NCBI RefSeq assembly: GCF_021028975.2
Contig: NC_059434.1
Location: forward strand, 65,162,001-65,226,000
Reading direction: 5' to 3'
Source: Sphaerodactylus townsendi
Lineage: Eukaryota
Length of the DNA: 64,000 nucleotides
Part shown: positions 37,347 to 50,674 of the stretch, one piece after another
Numbering within the stretch: position 1 is the stretch's first letter
Layout: every line of letters starts with the position of its first letter
Translations under genes and position numbers: made by a program
Notes under the pieces: model-generated
The model's database searches: none
What the model saw: only the letters and a program-made list of their open reading frames with translations
Told to the model about the DNA's origin: nothing

Positions 37347-38512
37347 ATCTATTCTCCTCTTTGGCTAAAGTAGGATCCTTTTCCCCAAATATTCATTCCC
37401 TGCCAACACCACTGGTCAATCCACAGATGATAAACACATCTGAACCTGCTGACTTGGATGCACTGTATCTTTGTATAACTATAATCTTGTGATTGTTCCT
37501 TGCAGCTTTCAGAGGAATTTACATGGGAATTATTTGTGATTTTTAAAAATCTATTTGTGGATTCCCTTTATTCTCTGCCAAATTCTGGTTCATTTTATGT
37601 AATTGGCATATTACATTCTCACTGGAAACTCTAGGCTAAATTATACGAAATGAGTTGATTGAGGTATTTTACCAGCTTTTGATTGGAGTCAAAGGTCATT
37701 CTGGACCATTTCTCCTTCAGGAAATAGGTCCTCTTTCCATTTCCTGCAGACAAATATTTTATTACTGAGATAAATAGTAAGGACTTCTTGAATTGTACAA
37801 TTGGCAGTAATTGTACAATTGGCTTCATTTTAAAAGGATACATCATTACTTGTATCTTCGCTCTTTTTATCTTTACAGCTGAAAATCAGCTACCAATTGT
37901 GTTTGTGTATGTGTGTGCATCTGCATGTGGACTGTACATTTTGCACAGAAGAAACAAAAAGACAGCAAACATATAAGCAGTTGCCCTGCATAACTGTCAC
38001 ATTTGGAGGTTTGACTCCAGAGAAGAAATCTTGGAGATAGATATTGAGCAACATTAAAACTAAAAAAAATAGGTTCTAATGACAGTGGCTGGCACTGTTA
38101 CAGCTGACTGCAAGCTTAACTGATGGAGCCTCTTTTCTCAGGAAAAGATTTAATTTTCATTCAGATAGTTATATGTGCCTGAAGTCAGCACGTATAAAGT
38201 CACTTGTCAGCACTTGATTGCACAGAGTGAGAGGGAAACACTGAAGTATCCCATGGGAAGCACAGAAAGCCAGCTATTTTTCACCAAGTCCTTAGTACTC
38301 TAAGCAGGGCCCTGTCATGCTGCCAGAAACTGACATGGTTAAAGGTCTTCCTTATTTGAAGATGCAAGCTGAATAAGGCCAAGGATCTCATCAGTTCTGT
38401 CTCTACCAATAAGTACTAATTATCTCAGATAATATGAAGATATCTCAAATAATATGAATATATACGGAGATATGAGGAACCGCCAATGGTGTATGTAGTT
38501 CCTAAGTGTGCT

Positions 38513-39060
38513 TGTAACCCCCATGCCCAAGAATAGGAGTTGACCAACAAGGGTGGGAGACTCAAGAGCAAGCAAAAGAAGGCTGCAGGAGAGAGCTCTT
38601 TGGAGAAGACAAGGGTACCAGACTCGGACCTTGATTTCTATAACCCCTTAACACCTTGTTAAGGTAATTGAAATATTGTTGGGAACTACTGGGAAGGTAG
38701 TTGTTGTTTTGCTATGTTGTAAATGTTGGAGTTTATTGTTTCCAGGGGTTTTCTTTTGTGAGATTTGTAATGGGTGAGAGTTCTCCTGGAGACCTTCATC
38801 ATGTTGCAACCTGTTCATCAAGCCCTTGGAGTCTTCAGGAGCCAGCCAACTTGCAAAGAAGATTTGGACTTGGCAATATCAGTAGACTGTAAATAGAAGG
38901 ACTTGAAATGCAACCTGAACAGGACCTTGAATTGTAACGTTAAATGTTGATGTTTTAAAAGTGTTAATTGTAAAGAAAAGTAAACCATTTTGTTGTTTAA
39001 AAATTGTTGTTGCAACTCATTCCAAGTACTGCCCCACAGAACCCACAAGCTGAGGTTACA
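38513..39060 (+). mobile_element. Solo LTR, Gypsy-like
   Basis: TGTAACC..GGTTACA termini, perfect 4-bp TSD TGCT, and an AGTAAA polyA-like signal. Relatives at 21527 and 43286. Confidence 0.9.
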
Positions 39061-42000
39061 TGCTTCTAGGGTCAAAGCTTGTTTTGATTCAGAGCACTTC
39101 CAAGCATGATGTCCCCATTGCTTTTCCAGAAATTACACTGATTTTCCATGGAAATATAACTAAGTTAACTTTGGACCATTTCAGAATATATTTCTATGCA
39201 ACTGTGAATGTGAACCTTACCACCATGTCTACATAAGAATTCTGTGCTGCTGAAAAAATACTCTCACAAATGGTATCCTAGAAATCCTATGGATTCACTT
39301 CCAAGTTAAAAACTATAAACCGATAGTTCTGTATCTTAGAACAGACATTGGAACCACCCAATCATATGCCTATGCCACGATGAAAGGTATATGAAGGCAA
39401 TAAATAAATCATCCAATAATTATTGCAGGTACTAATAAAAAGTTATTCAAATAAAAAAGGAAACAAAATTAGATATGTTCCTTTTTTTGGTATGGGTTGT
39501 GGCTTTCTGAAGTGGAAAATTGTCTTGTCTTGGCACAGAAAAATATGATGAATTGGATCCTAGACCTTTCCTTTGCCTGTAATCCTCTGCTATAGGGCAT
39601 GTCCTCTCCAGATATTCACTTTGGGGAATCCTTGAAAAATATTGGTGTAGTTAATACAGAAACAGCCTATCACCAGTTGAAGTGAACTCTACAATGGAGG
39701 ATTGCTTCTGAGATATTCAGAGAAAAGTATGCATGAGCAAAGATATATAACCCACACTATAATCTGTTCTCTCAAAAAAAATCTTTTCATAATTTCCACT
39801 CCTTTGCTTCTTGAACAGAGCATATATGACATTTTTGTAAAAATAATGTGTTGTGAAAACTCCTTGTGAAAAATTGGTTCATGTAAAGCTGTTTGGTTTT
39901 TTTAAATTATATCTTTACATACACCTGATATGCCTCTTTGTTCTTTTTTAATGGTCTAAAAGAAGCCAGAAGTGATGCAGCCAACAGGGTCTATAAAGAA
40001 ATTGATCCCCACAGATCTGGGGCGCTGTCAATCTAATATCTCTTTGCCAAGAACAGGACCAGACTGGCAGATTTCAGTAAGGTGAACAGTATGCATGGAA
40101 GCAAGCACTCTCTCGTGTTACTAAGGTTTAAAGCCACAGTATAATTAAGCAACAGTATAATTACATAGATTGAAAACATAACAGAAGGTAAAATGTATCA
40201 GTAACCAAAAGAAAAGCTGGAGCTGAAAAATTAATTTTCATCTGTGATATGGGACAGCCACTTCCCTCTGGCACTAATGAACAAGCCTCAAATGACATGG
40301 GGAAAAATATAATTCAAGACATTGCATAAGGTTTCAGTCTTTAATGAAGTGCAAATGATGTAAAATGCCAGAATTACTGTGTGCTTTTAAACAAAGAGCC
40401 AACATAACTATTTTCTAAGAGTCTTCTTTTCTATCGTGCAACTCTGATGGAAATCTAACATCGAGATTTATTTATTTTCCTTACCTTGTAAAGATGATTC
40501 ATGTATTTTAAAAAACTGTCCAAAGAAAACGCAAATTTAACATCTCTATTCACAAAATATCCTTTGAACGTTTTTGAGTGTTTGAAAAACTATCAGCCAG
40601 TGTCGAACCAAGAACAGACTGTGAGCACATTAGTAGTTTTATGAAACGTAAATATGAATCAGTCTTCACTGGTTTCTGATAGGATGTATTATTGACTTTG
40701 CCATTTTACTGTCCACATTATTTATATTAAAAATGCACTTAATTCAAGCCTTTGACATTTCTAAGGTTCAGTTTCAGTTAAGAGACTTAGGACTGTATCA
40801 GCAACATTGTGATCTTCAAGCCTTTCTAAGGTCAGATGCAATTGTATCTTAGCCATTCGTCCTTCAGATGAAATATTTGAATGGTAATAGAATGTGTTCC
40901 ACACCAGTTTCTTATGGAGAGGGTTTAAGTAGTCTAAGAGAGCAATGCTGCAAATTGGTCCATTCAGAATCCTTCTTTGGTCTATACAAGTGTTCACAGG
41001 ATTGAATCTTCAGTATACAAAAACATAAGCAGCATGTGCTTCTGTTTCCATGATGTTTAGTGATGCCAGGGTTTAATAATGGCATTATACCAAGGAGACG
41101 CTTTGAATTATTCAATCTGATCAATACATTTACTGCTGGATGGATGGGAGACAGCACCTAGTATAAAACTAAGGCCCAAAACAGTCAAGATGAAGATTAG
41201 AGATACTAGACTGCAACAAGCAAATTGTAAGTTCACATAGTTATGAACTGGGTCACAACCATATGGGGAGGAAACATGGATTGATATTGAAACTTTAAAG
41301 GGAAAAATAAAATAATGCTCATTGAAGAAAAATCTTATTTTTTTAGTAATATATGAAAATGGATAGTGATATTTGACCAACATTGGAATGTTTGTGACAA
41401 TATGCCTTTGTGGACACCCTATTTACTATGCCAGAAATTGAGAAACTCTAGTTCCAGCGTTGAATCAATCAAATATCTCCAGGACATGGACACACTGCCA
41501 TGGTTATTTTTGATGCAACATTGGTGGTCTGATCAGCACAGTAGTTTCTTTAAAGGAACACAGATTTACTATTTTTTCTCAAATGTGCAATAGTGTAAAT
41601 ACTGAATGTCTTGCCTTTCCCTCGTTTAATTCCTAGTAAAAAAAATGGTCTTCATTGCATTGAGAAAAAAGAGGTGGAGGGGAAGTTACTGTACTTCAGC
41701 ATATAAATGTATTTTATAGTGTTAGTAATATCCATCAAGTGATTAGGCCTTCAGCACTTAGTGAGTCAGTGAGTCAGCTCCTATTACTGACTTCTATTAT
41801 TTCATAATGGTTATAACTTCATTATTAAACATCCTTATTAATGTTAATCTGAAGAGTATTGCTCAGCAGTAACATTCATAAAATTTTGACTGCTTAAAAG
41901 GTTACAATATTACTTCTCAAAACTCTTATGGAATCTGAAAGCAGTATTAATATTTAGGACTTGATTAAATGACATGTGAGCCAGTTAGTCTGTTGGCAAA

Positions 42001-43285
42001 ATGGTGCTTGGAGAAGCAGAGTTTGGAGAGTGGCAAAAACTCAATGGAGATATGGTGCCATAGCATCTTCACTCCAAAGCTGTGTTTCCTCAAGGGCAGC
42101 TGTGTTTCCTCAAGGGGAACTCTCTGTTCTGAAATTAGTTGTAATTCTAGCCTTCCATGCAGATGCAATAGATAAGTAGAAGCCACTTTGACTATGAGCT
42201 TGTTTGGGCCAGCTTGTAGGACCAGAGATCAGATGTTGGCCTTTTAAAAGCATTTGCAAGACCTCTGAATTGAATAACATTGGGAGAGGGGGAACCAACC
42301 ATTTCTCCTGCACCATTTTCCAAATCTTCTTTGTAACCTTAAATCTTATATTTGCCCTGGAGGGGGAAATTTACGGGCACTCATATCAATGTCCTAGTGG
42401 AACAAATAATAGTTAGATGGGGGGTGGGGGGTGCTTACAGTGCAGTCTTGTGCAGAGTTACTCCCTTCTAAGACAACTGACTTAAATGGATTTAAAAGAG
42501 TGTCACACTGCTTCAGATTTCACTATTAGATTGGGAAGAGCTGCAAGGGGAGAACCCCTACCACCCACCCACCCACCCAGTGCCATGGCCTAAATCCAGC
42601 TCAGAAGCCTCTGCAGCTGCTTTTTAATAAAAATGATTAGTGTTGCTGGGAGCTAAGATTAGTGATGTCTCATCTTGTTGAGCTCTTCACATCATGGGAC
42701 TGGAAGCAGCCTGACTGTCAGATGTCATATATACATTCATATTGTAGCCACAAATGCTTACCACACAAGGATATGATATTTAGTTATTGTTGCTTCCAGT
42801 GCCTGAAGAGAATGGAAAAATGCATGCCCAAGCTGGAGATTGAAGATATCGGAGCCTGAAAGACTGATAACACATCGACAAGTTTAACTGAAATGCTATA
42901 TATAATAAATTAGGAATAAGCCCCACTGAGCTTGGTGAGACTTGCTTCCAAATGCACATCAGAATATTAGTCTGAATTTATTACACATTAATAAGATCGA
43001 GACATAAAATGACCTCTCCATGAGGCCTTGTAAGAAATGGAAATGGGCGGGGGAAAGAGTGACTAAATATTCCTTACAGGATTTCAGAGAATTCATTCCT
43101 CCTGGTGGAGAACTCATGTGGTGAGTACTCCAGTATGTTTTGTTTTAAAGAATTTGAATAGGGAAAAATTAATTTCTGAATGAGGAGTCACTCCAGATTA
43201 ATATTCACTTGAGATCCTGTGAATGCTGCTTGTAAGACCTTGTCAAACATACAATATTGATTTTTAGCTGGGTGAAGCCTGTTAG

Positions 43286-44340
43286 TGTAACCTCAGCTTG
43301 TGGGTTCTGTGGTGAAGAATTTGGAATGAATTTTGCAAACAAAACAAATTTCCTTTTTTACTTTTCACTCAACAAATCATATATCAACATAGAACTGAGT
43401 CATACAACAAAACCATGACCCATGGCCAGTTTAACAGTTAACTTTCTCCTTTTTCACAGCCTTCCAACCTTAAGTCCATTACTTTTCTCTTCCCCTTTCA
43501 TCTGGAAAATTCCAGGTGAACTCTTGGTCCACTGGCATCAGAAGATGAAGGTCCCAAGAGAACTTCCAATGAATAAACATAGCCCTGAAACAATAAAGTA
43601 TAACATTTACAATACAGAACAAAAGTACCCCTCCCTTACTGGTTTCCATACCAATATCATATTTACCTTAAACTAGTTGTTAAGAGCCTATAATCAAAGG
43701 TGTAGTGGGGCAAAATGGCACACGGGGCAAAATGGTGCCCCCGTGCCCCTCCCCTCCCCACCCCCACCCCACCCCACTTATTATATGTAGCTATGCCGCT
43801 CTGTGCCCCACTTACCTGAGCTGGTGGTGGTCCAGGGCAGCCTGGTGGAGCAGGACCAATTCACACTCAGCTGTGGCCTCCGCCAGGTCTGGCAGAGTGG
43901 GGTCGGGCCAAAGGGCACCTTGCGGCAGCTCCATTAGGCCACTCCTTCAGAAGGAGAGGCCTGGCAGGGTTGGGGCCGGCTGAGGGGGAGGGTGTGGGGG
44001 TGATTTTGCACCCTTCCCTGTGGGTGCCATCCCCTCCTCCCCTGCATCATTCAATTCAGTGCAGGGGAGGCATGGGTGATGCCAAATCGCCCCAAAATGG
44101 CACACCCTCCTCCCCCATGCTGACACCGTGAGCCTGCATGGGAGAGGAGGGGTGTGGGGGCCGATTTTGTTGGTGCCCCATGTGACAGGATGGCATGCGC
44201 CCAAGGACATGTGACTCCACATGTCCCCGTGGGTGCTCCATCCCTGCCTATAATTACACTTCAAGCTCCAGAGAAAGGGTCCTGTTTGGCCCAGTTCTCT
44301 CCATGAGGTGATAGGTTTGGGATGAAGACTGTTTGAACAG
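43286..44340 (-). mobile_element. Related solo LTR, interrupted by a hAT MITE
   Basis: TGTAACCTCAGCTTGTGGGTTCTGTGG is the reverse complement of the end of 38513-39060. The distal boundary is uncertain. Confidence 0.6.
43695..44246. mobile_element. GC-rich hAT-type MITE
   Basis: Perfect 8-bp TSD CCTATAAT (43687-43694 and 44247-44254) and imperfect TIRs CAAAGGTGTAG / CTCCATCCCTG. Confidence 0.85.
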
Positions 44341-46446
44341 GATCACTCACTGCAGGGAGGCCATGGCGGGTGGAAAAACCACACTGCGCACCGGGTGCAG
44401 TTTGGCCCAGCTACGCTTCTGATGTGGACTCCTACTACTATGCATTATCTAAAAAGTTGATGTTATGTACAAACCATCTTTATGCTTCTATCCTAATTCT
44501 CACAAGAAATATCTATTACATTATGTTACTGTACCGTTGTTTCATACGCTATTGGTTCTATTCTCCATTCTGCCTTCAATACTAAGTCCAGGAGCAGCTT
44601 TACTAGATACTTGTTTGGGGGGCAAGAGAGCATATTGGAGACTCGTGTTATCTTTGCTATCTGTTTATTTACAAATATTCAATTCAAACCATTTGGAGCC
44701 TTTCAGACTCTTAAAAATAGGCAGCACAATCTTGCAGTAATCTTGCAGTATCTTTATTGCAAGGTGTTGGGCTATCAAACAATTCAGTGTTCAAGCTCTA
44801 TCTTCTCCCAGATTCAAAAACTGTGCCTTCTGACAGCTGAAGAGTATCGGCTTCCAAAGACAGGAGTAAAAAATGTCTAGCTATCAAGGAACATTAGTGC
44901 CCCTCTATAAAAGACCAGGACCACCCATTAGTTGTCTAGTGATAGGGTCCTTTCACAGTAATTAAGGTGACCAAACTCATGACGTATATGTTGTTATTCC
45001 CATCAATCTTTCAATTCCTCCTACTTTTTATTCCTGCAGATAACAGACTCTCGTCCAACTTACTCTCCCATATGTCGTAGCCATAAAAAATAAATCAGCA
45101 CCATCTTTTAGATAAACAACAAGGGAATGAAATCCATTACTAAAAAGCAACATGATGAATGAAATCAGGGTGTTTTTTTTCAATATGGAGATTGTGCAGG
45201 CATTCCACTGACAAATTTAACACCATTGCTCAGACTAAGGGTAGACAAGGGATGCTAAATAAGGTTGAAATGATTAGGGAGAAAAACCTGGGAGGTATCA
45301 TATAAAACTACACTGTTTCACCCCCCCCCCCTCCAACCCCCAGTAGTTGTAAATAACAAATGGCATCATGCTAATGTAGTACAATGTTTGTTTTGGCCTT
45401 GACATAGTCCATTTAAATATTCATACTCCCGCACTTAATAGACATCACGTTATATTAGTTCTATTCAATTAAACAGTGCATTGTCACACGCACTCTGAAC
45501 AAAACAGGCTACTTTATCACTCGGAGACCTATCCTGATTATGCCCCAAAATTATACTTGTTTGTCTGAGCATCTTTTTTAAAAATAAGGATTTTTAATAT
45601 AATACTTTGTGTTCCATCCCTGGCAAAGAGAAAAAATCCTAAGCAGGTCTACTCAGACCATGTTTCTCAATGGGACTTACTCCCAGGAAAGGCTTAGGAC
45701 TGAAGCCTTTAATTTTGAAGCTGCCAGGCAAGCTCCTTCTACTTGCTTCCCTGGGTATTAATATCTGGAAAAGGATCTCTTATGATCAGCCGCATCCGCA
45801 TTGGGCTGCCTGGAACGCCAATTTGACTTTGCAGCCTACAGGCTTGAAGTGGTGATGTCACTGCTTATCTGCCCAACATCTAATCAATAAACTTCTGGGA
45901 AGGGCAGAAATGCAGACAGTGCTGCATTTTCCATGGAAGATTAGCTGAACTGAAATATCTGACAGCTCGGTGTCAGCTTTTCACGTTACAAAATGAAACA
46001 TTATTCCACTCTCTACACAGTCTCTGAAGGAAATGAAAGAGATGTTAAACTGCCAGACACTTAAGTCATAGCTATTTATTAGGTGTGTGTGTGGGGGGGG
46101 GGGGAACGTGTTAGAAAGTCAGTAATTTTGCTTTCCCACGACAATGTGCAATGTTAGCTATTATCTAAATACATGTTATCCAGTAGCTTTTTATCGGAAG
46201 GTCAAGCTCAATCATTATTGTTTCATTATCGCTACACATTTTGGTGTCAGTTTTGTTCTCTCATTACCTCTGTATAACAATTCACATTCTAGTTTATCTA
46301 AAAAAAATAGAACAGGAAAGGGGGTAGGAATTAGTTTAATTGAGCTAAAGCCCAAAAACAAACATGATTTTGCTGATAGAGATAACATTCTGTACAGACT
46401 CTGTCCACCAAAAAAACACTCTGATATTCATCATGAAGTCACACAT

Positions 46447-46817
46447 GAAGAAGAAGAAGAAGAAGAAGAAGAAGAAGAAGAAGAAGAAGAAGAAGAAGAA
46501 GAAGAAGAAGAAGAAGAAGAAGAAGAAGAAGAAGAGATGGATTTATATCCTCCTTTTTCTCCTATAGGAGACTCAAAGGGGCTTACAAACTTATTTTTCT
46601 TCTCCCCTCACAACAAACAGCCTGTGAGGTAGGAGGTAGGTGGGGCTGAGAGAGCTCAAAAGAATCATGACTAGCCCAAGGACACCCAGCTGGCATGTGT
46701 TGGAGTGTATAGGCTGATCTGAATTCCCCAGATAAGCCTCCACAGCCCAGGTGGCATAGCGGGGAATCAAACCTGGTTCCTCCACATTAGAGTATATCTG
46801 CTCTTAACCACTACGCT
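46447..46817 (-). mobile_element. Squam3-like SINE with its tail expanded to (GAA)29
   Basis: Perfect GAA run at 46447-46533 abuts the SINE 3' end. The head lies at about 46760-46817. Confidence 0.9.
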
Positions 46818-47521
46818 GGAAAACATAATTGGTTGTTTGGGAACATGAGGTCAAGAAGTGACAGAGTTGGCAACAAGGATAAAGTAGGGATGCCAAGCTG
46901 TCAGTAGAGTACCCTGACTTGAGTAAATTCCACCCTTTCCCAAAAGTGGCCATATAGAAATAGTCCCACTAATTTTGTGCAATGCCAAAGATTATTTCAT
47001 CCCTGGCTGGGGCTGAGAAAGTGAAGGCAGGAAGCTACTCAACTGAAACAAGTTGTTGGCATGTCAAGAGTCTGGAGGAGTTACCTTTGAAATGTCAATT
47101 TATTTGTATTTGCTGGGAGTTTTGGCCACCGGCACCTTTACCCTTTCCATCAAAGGGCATACCATTTACGCTGGTGGAAAAAGCAAACACTCTGGCCCAT
47201 TCACACCCGCCCATCAGGATTGGGCTGCCCCAAACACATACAGATATACACAAAACACTTTAAAATTAAACAAAACATAGACATATGAACTAGAAAAAGG
47301 GTTAAATGAGAAAACTCCACATAAAACAGAAAAGTCTTCACCCATTGGTGAAAGACAGTGGTAGAAAGGGGGAGTTGAATCTCCCTGGGGAGAAGATTCC
47401 ATAATTATTATGTAATCATTGACCATCTAGCATTAGGTAGCAGGGGTCTAAATCCAAAGGCCAGGGACACCTCTGAAGGAGTCAACCACGAGTGATGCGT
47501 GAAGTGATCACCATTTTAATC

Positions 47522-47650
47522 CAGTAGGTGGTAGGATTCAGGCAGGTTCATACCTGCACTTAGCGAAGCAAGGAACTTCGAAGGTTGTTAAAGTGAAGGT
47601 GCTTGTAAAGCGAAGCCAGTTGTTGTTAAATTATTTGAATCCCACCACTG
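47522..47650. mobile_element. hAT-like MITE
   Basis: CAGTAGGTGGTAGGATTCA ... TGAATCCCACCACTG termini, related to 57034-57225. Confidence 0.7.
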
Positions 47651-48457
47651 ATTATATCCCACCGATTTCAATTTCCTCTCCCCATTACCTAGGATCAATT
47701 GTGGAACTTGTAGATGGAGAGAGAAAACTATATACATCACCATGCAAACATACCAGACAGTCATCTTTTTTCCCCACTGAAAGATAGTTTATCTTTCAAT
47801 CTTCCCAATACTTTTCATCAAAGCTGTAATTGTTAGTAGAGATCAAATAACATAGGGACTGTGCAAATGAGGGTTGTTTTGTGGCACTGAAAGATTACAG
47901 ATCCACAGTTTTTGGAAGTTCAGTTAAAACTGGAGTTCCAATGATAGTATGGCACTATATCTCCTTAGATCAGTTCAGTCTGTCTACTCAAAAGTAAACC
48001 CTCTTCAGCACAGTCCCTGCTTCTTCCACATTTTTCTTTTTCTTTTCTAACTGAAATTGAGTACTTTCTTTCCCCGCCCTCTCATTACAATCTCCTTGAG
48101 ATAAAAAGACTAATTATCACCTTTGGGGGGCAGGCTTAAGTTCTGATTTTTTTTATTTATGGCAAACAAAATTAATTGTGTTATCTTATTAAAATGGTAC
48201 ACTTGCAAATCAAGATTGTTCAAAAATAAGATCTCTTCCGCACCCCAACGAAAGCTCATAATTTACAATTGATTTAAGACAGTTACCCGACTGCAAAAGA
48301 GAAAAGGGAGCAATTAATTAATCTAGAAGACGGAAGGGATAAATGTCTCAGGAGACATGGCAGCAGTGATTTTACTATCCAAATGCAACAGTCTGGCTCT
48401 GTATGCATTTTAAAATGAAAAAATAGCAACAAGTCATGTACAACACAGAAAACATTG

Positions 48458-48545
48458 GGAAGGTGTGGCTTATGATGTCACTTAGATCTGGGCAAGCAGA
48501 AGGTCACTAGGGAGTGACCAATCACTCTCCAAGCATTTAAAACCA
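48458..48545 (+). promoter_or_regulatory. Promoter-like motif cluster
   Basis: In order: GT-box-like GGTGTGGC, CRE variant TGATGTCA (48473), AGGTCA-N8-TGACCA, CCAAT (48518) and TATA-like ATTTAAAA (48535), all in repeat-free DNA. Motif evidence only. Confidence 0.35.
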
Positions 48546-50534
48546 GCTTCCCATTCCTCCTATAGTTCTGCAGCAATCGCTGTAATCCATACCACAGCAT
48601 CTTCTCTCATTTTTGTCTTTTGTCTGAAAGGAAGGAGAAGCACTCATGCACTCATCTTTGTTCTGAAAGAAAGAAGCAGGATCTTGACCCTTTCCCCTCT
48701 GCACGAAAGCTCATATTTGCCCCTTCCAGGAAAAACACAGAAGTAACTTGCATTTTCTTCATATATTCCCTCACCCAACTAGAACAAGTTGTAATTTGTA
48801 CGTGATATCTACCACAGTATATTCCTAGACCAGAATCACCATACCATTATTTTTCTTTTTAATTTTATTACGGACTACCCATTTATGGCTACCTGCCTCA
48901 TTATGTATGGAATAGACTGTCTCCTAAATCAGTGTTAAAATACCAGAAAAACAGAATGTGCAAATACAAACAAACAGTGTGATAGACCAGGGCAACTCAT
49001 CCTTCTCGTTTTTTCTTGAACAAGTAACTTCTGGGTCAAGCTATGGATCCACTTTGCAGCTCTCCGATCCACTTTGCAGTTCTCGCAGCCTGAGGATGTA
49101 CAGCGTCGCACACTCTTGATTAGCCAAGAGAAGTGAAAGTTCAACCACTGCTTCAGAGGTACAAAATACCTTGGGGATCCTACAAGGACTTCAGCACAAT
49201 ACAGATCAAAACATCAGATCAAGATGCAAATTTCTGTTTTGATTCAGAGAGCACTATTATTTTTATTATTTAAGGATTAATTATCCAACCTTGCTAATTT
49301 TTCTGCTGGAAAAAAGGCACTGACTGCCAATCTGTTTCCAGGCAAAATTCCAATGTGCTGTTTGTAGTAGCGAACTTCCAGGTAGAATCTGGAGACTGCC
49401 CAGAATTACAACTGATCTTCAGATGACAGAGATAAGTTACCCTGGAGAAAAAGGATCCTTTGGTGGGTGGATTCTATGGCATCATACTTCATTATGACCT
49501 CTCCTCTCCCAAACTATGTCCTTCCCAAGTTCTGTCTTTGCTGGTCCTGGCCAGGGATGGCCACTGAGGCTGCTGCTGGTACAAGAAAGATCTAGGTTAA
49601 TAAAAAAAATAATGATCTAAAATACTATATAAACTTCACTATTGGAGATGTTTTGTTTGTTTGTTTGTTTATTCACCTTGTATTCCTCAAAGTTGACATA
49701 AGAATTTGGCCATTTCATAGCTAACAGAAATGAAACACACTTTTCTGACTGTGGGCTCACAATATCTCTGAAACCAGGCCTTTGTCCAGTTCATGCCACA
49801 GTGTCTGTCAGTCTGAGTGTCTGAAAGTTCCATTCTCACTCAAAAGTGTATTTATGGTACTCAAGCAAATAATTCAAGGTACTGAACATACATCTCATTC
49901 AACTTCCATCCTTTTAAAATATAACCACTGGGAGAGAAGCAATATGAAAGCACCTGGTCGCTGTCATACTTGGAAATAAATCTAAAATTATTTCTGCAAT
50001 AATTCTAAGAAATCAACTTTGTTTTAAGCAACAGCTCCTGAACAAATTCTTGAGAGCTCAGGCAAGGAAAGAGTTCAGCTGTGACAATACAGCCATTTTC
50101 TATTTAGTGGAAATGGCTGGCAGTATGATTAATTCCTTTTAGATTTATATCTCTGTTGAGTTTTTTTAAAAAAACCTCTAAATCCAGATGCTTATACAGG
50201 TAAATGGAGTGCCCCCCCCCCCCAAGCATTAAACAAAACTAACTACTGGCAGTGCACCAAGAACAAAAGAGTTTTTTCTCTCTTATCAGTGTTTCTTTTC
50301 AGATACACTGTTTTCTATGGTGTCAAGGAAACTTCCAAAAGATTCAAATCTGATGTTCTCCACTTTTTTTTACCTTGAACAATCTCAGTAAAGTGCTCCC
50401 GGTGCATTTCTTATTTATGGATCTCTCATTTAGATCTCTTTGTAAGCTGTCCTTGACAGAATTCTCAGAGCTAATCTAGATCTGATGGCATCCCCGACTC
50501 CACTATGGGGATGCCTCTGCCATTTTAGGGATGC

Positions 50535-50674
50535 AAACAGTGGCGCCGCCGCACACATGCACCTCCAGCCCCTATTGGGCAGGGAGGTTGCTTTAGTAAC
50601 CCCTTCTCGGCACTCAGAAAAAATTAGTAACCACTTCTAGAGAAGTGGTGAGAACTGGTTGGATCCCACCTCTG
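50535..50674 (-). mobile_element. Partial copy of the hAT MITE family at 57034-57225
   Basis: Reverse complement is nearly identical to 57034-57173. Confidence 0.85.

Noticed and set aside
46144-46632. 162-aa poly-Glu ORF and overlapping poly-Lys ORF
   Set aside because: Artefact of the (GAA)29 tract plus antisense SINE sequence.
48473-48545. Resemblance to the glycoprotein hormone alpha (CGA) promoter motif set
   Set aside because: No CGA coding exons were found downstream in the window, and the motifs are generic.
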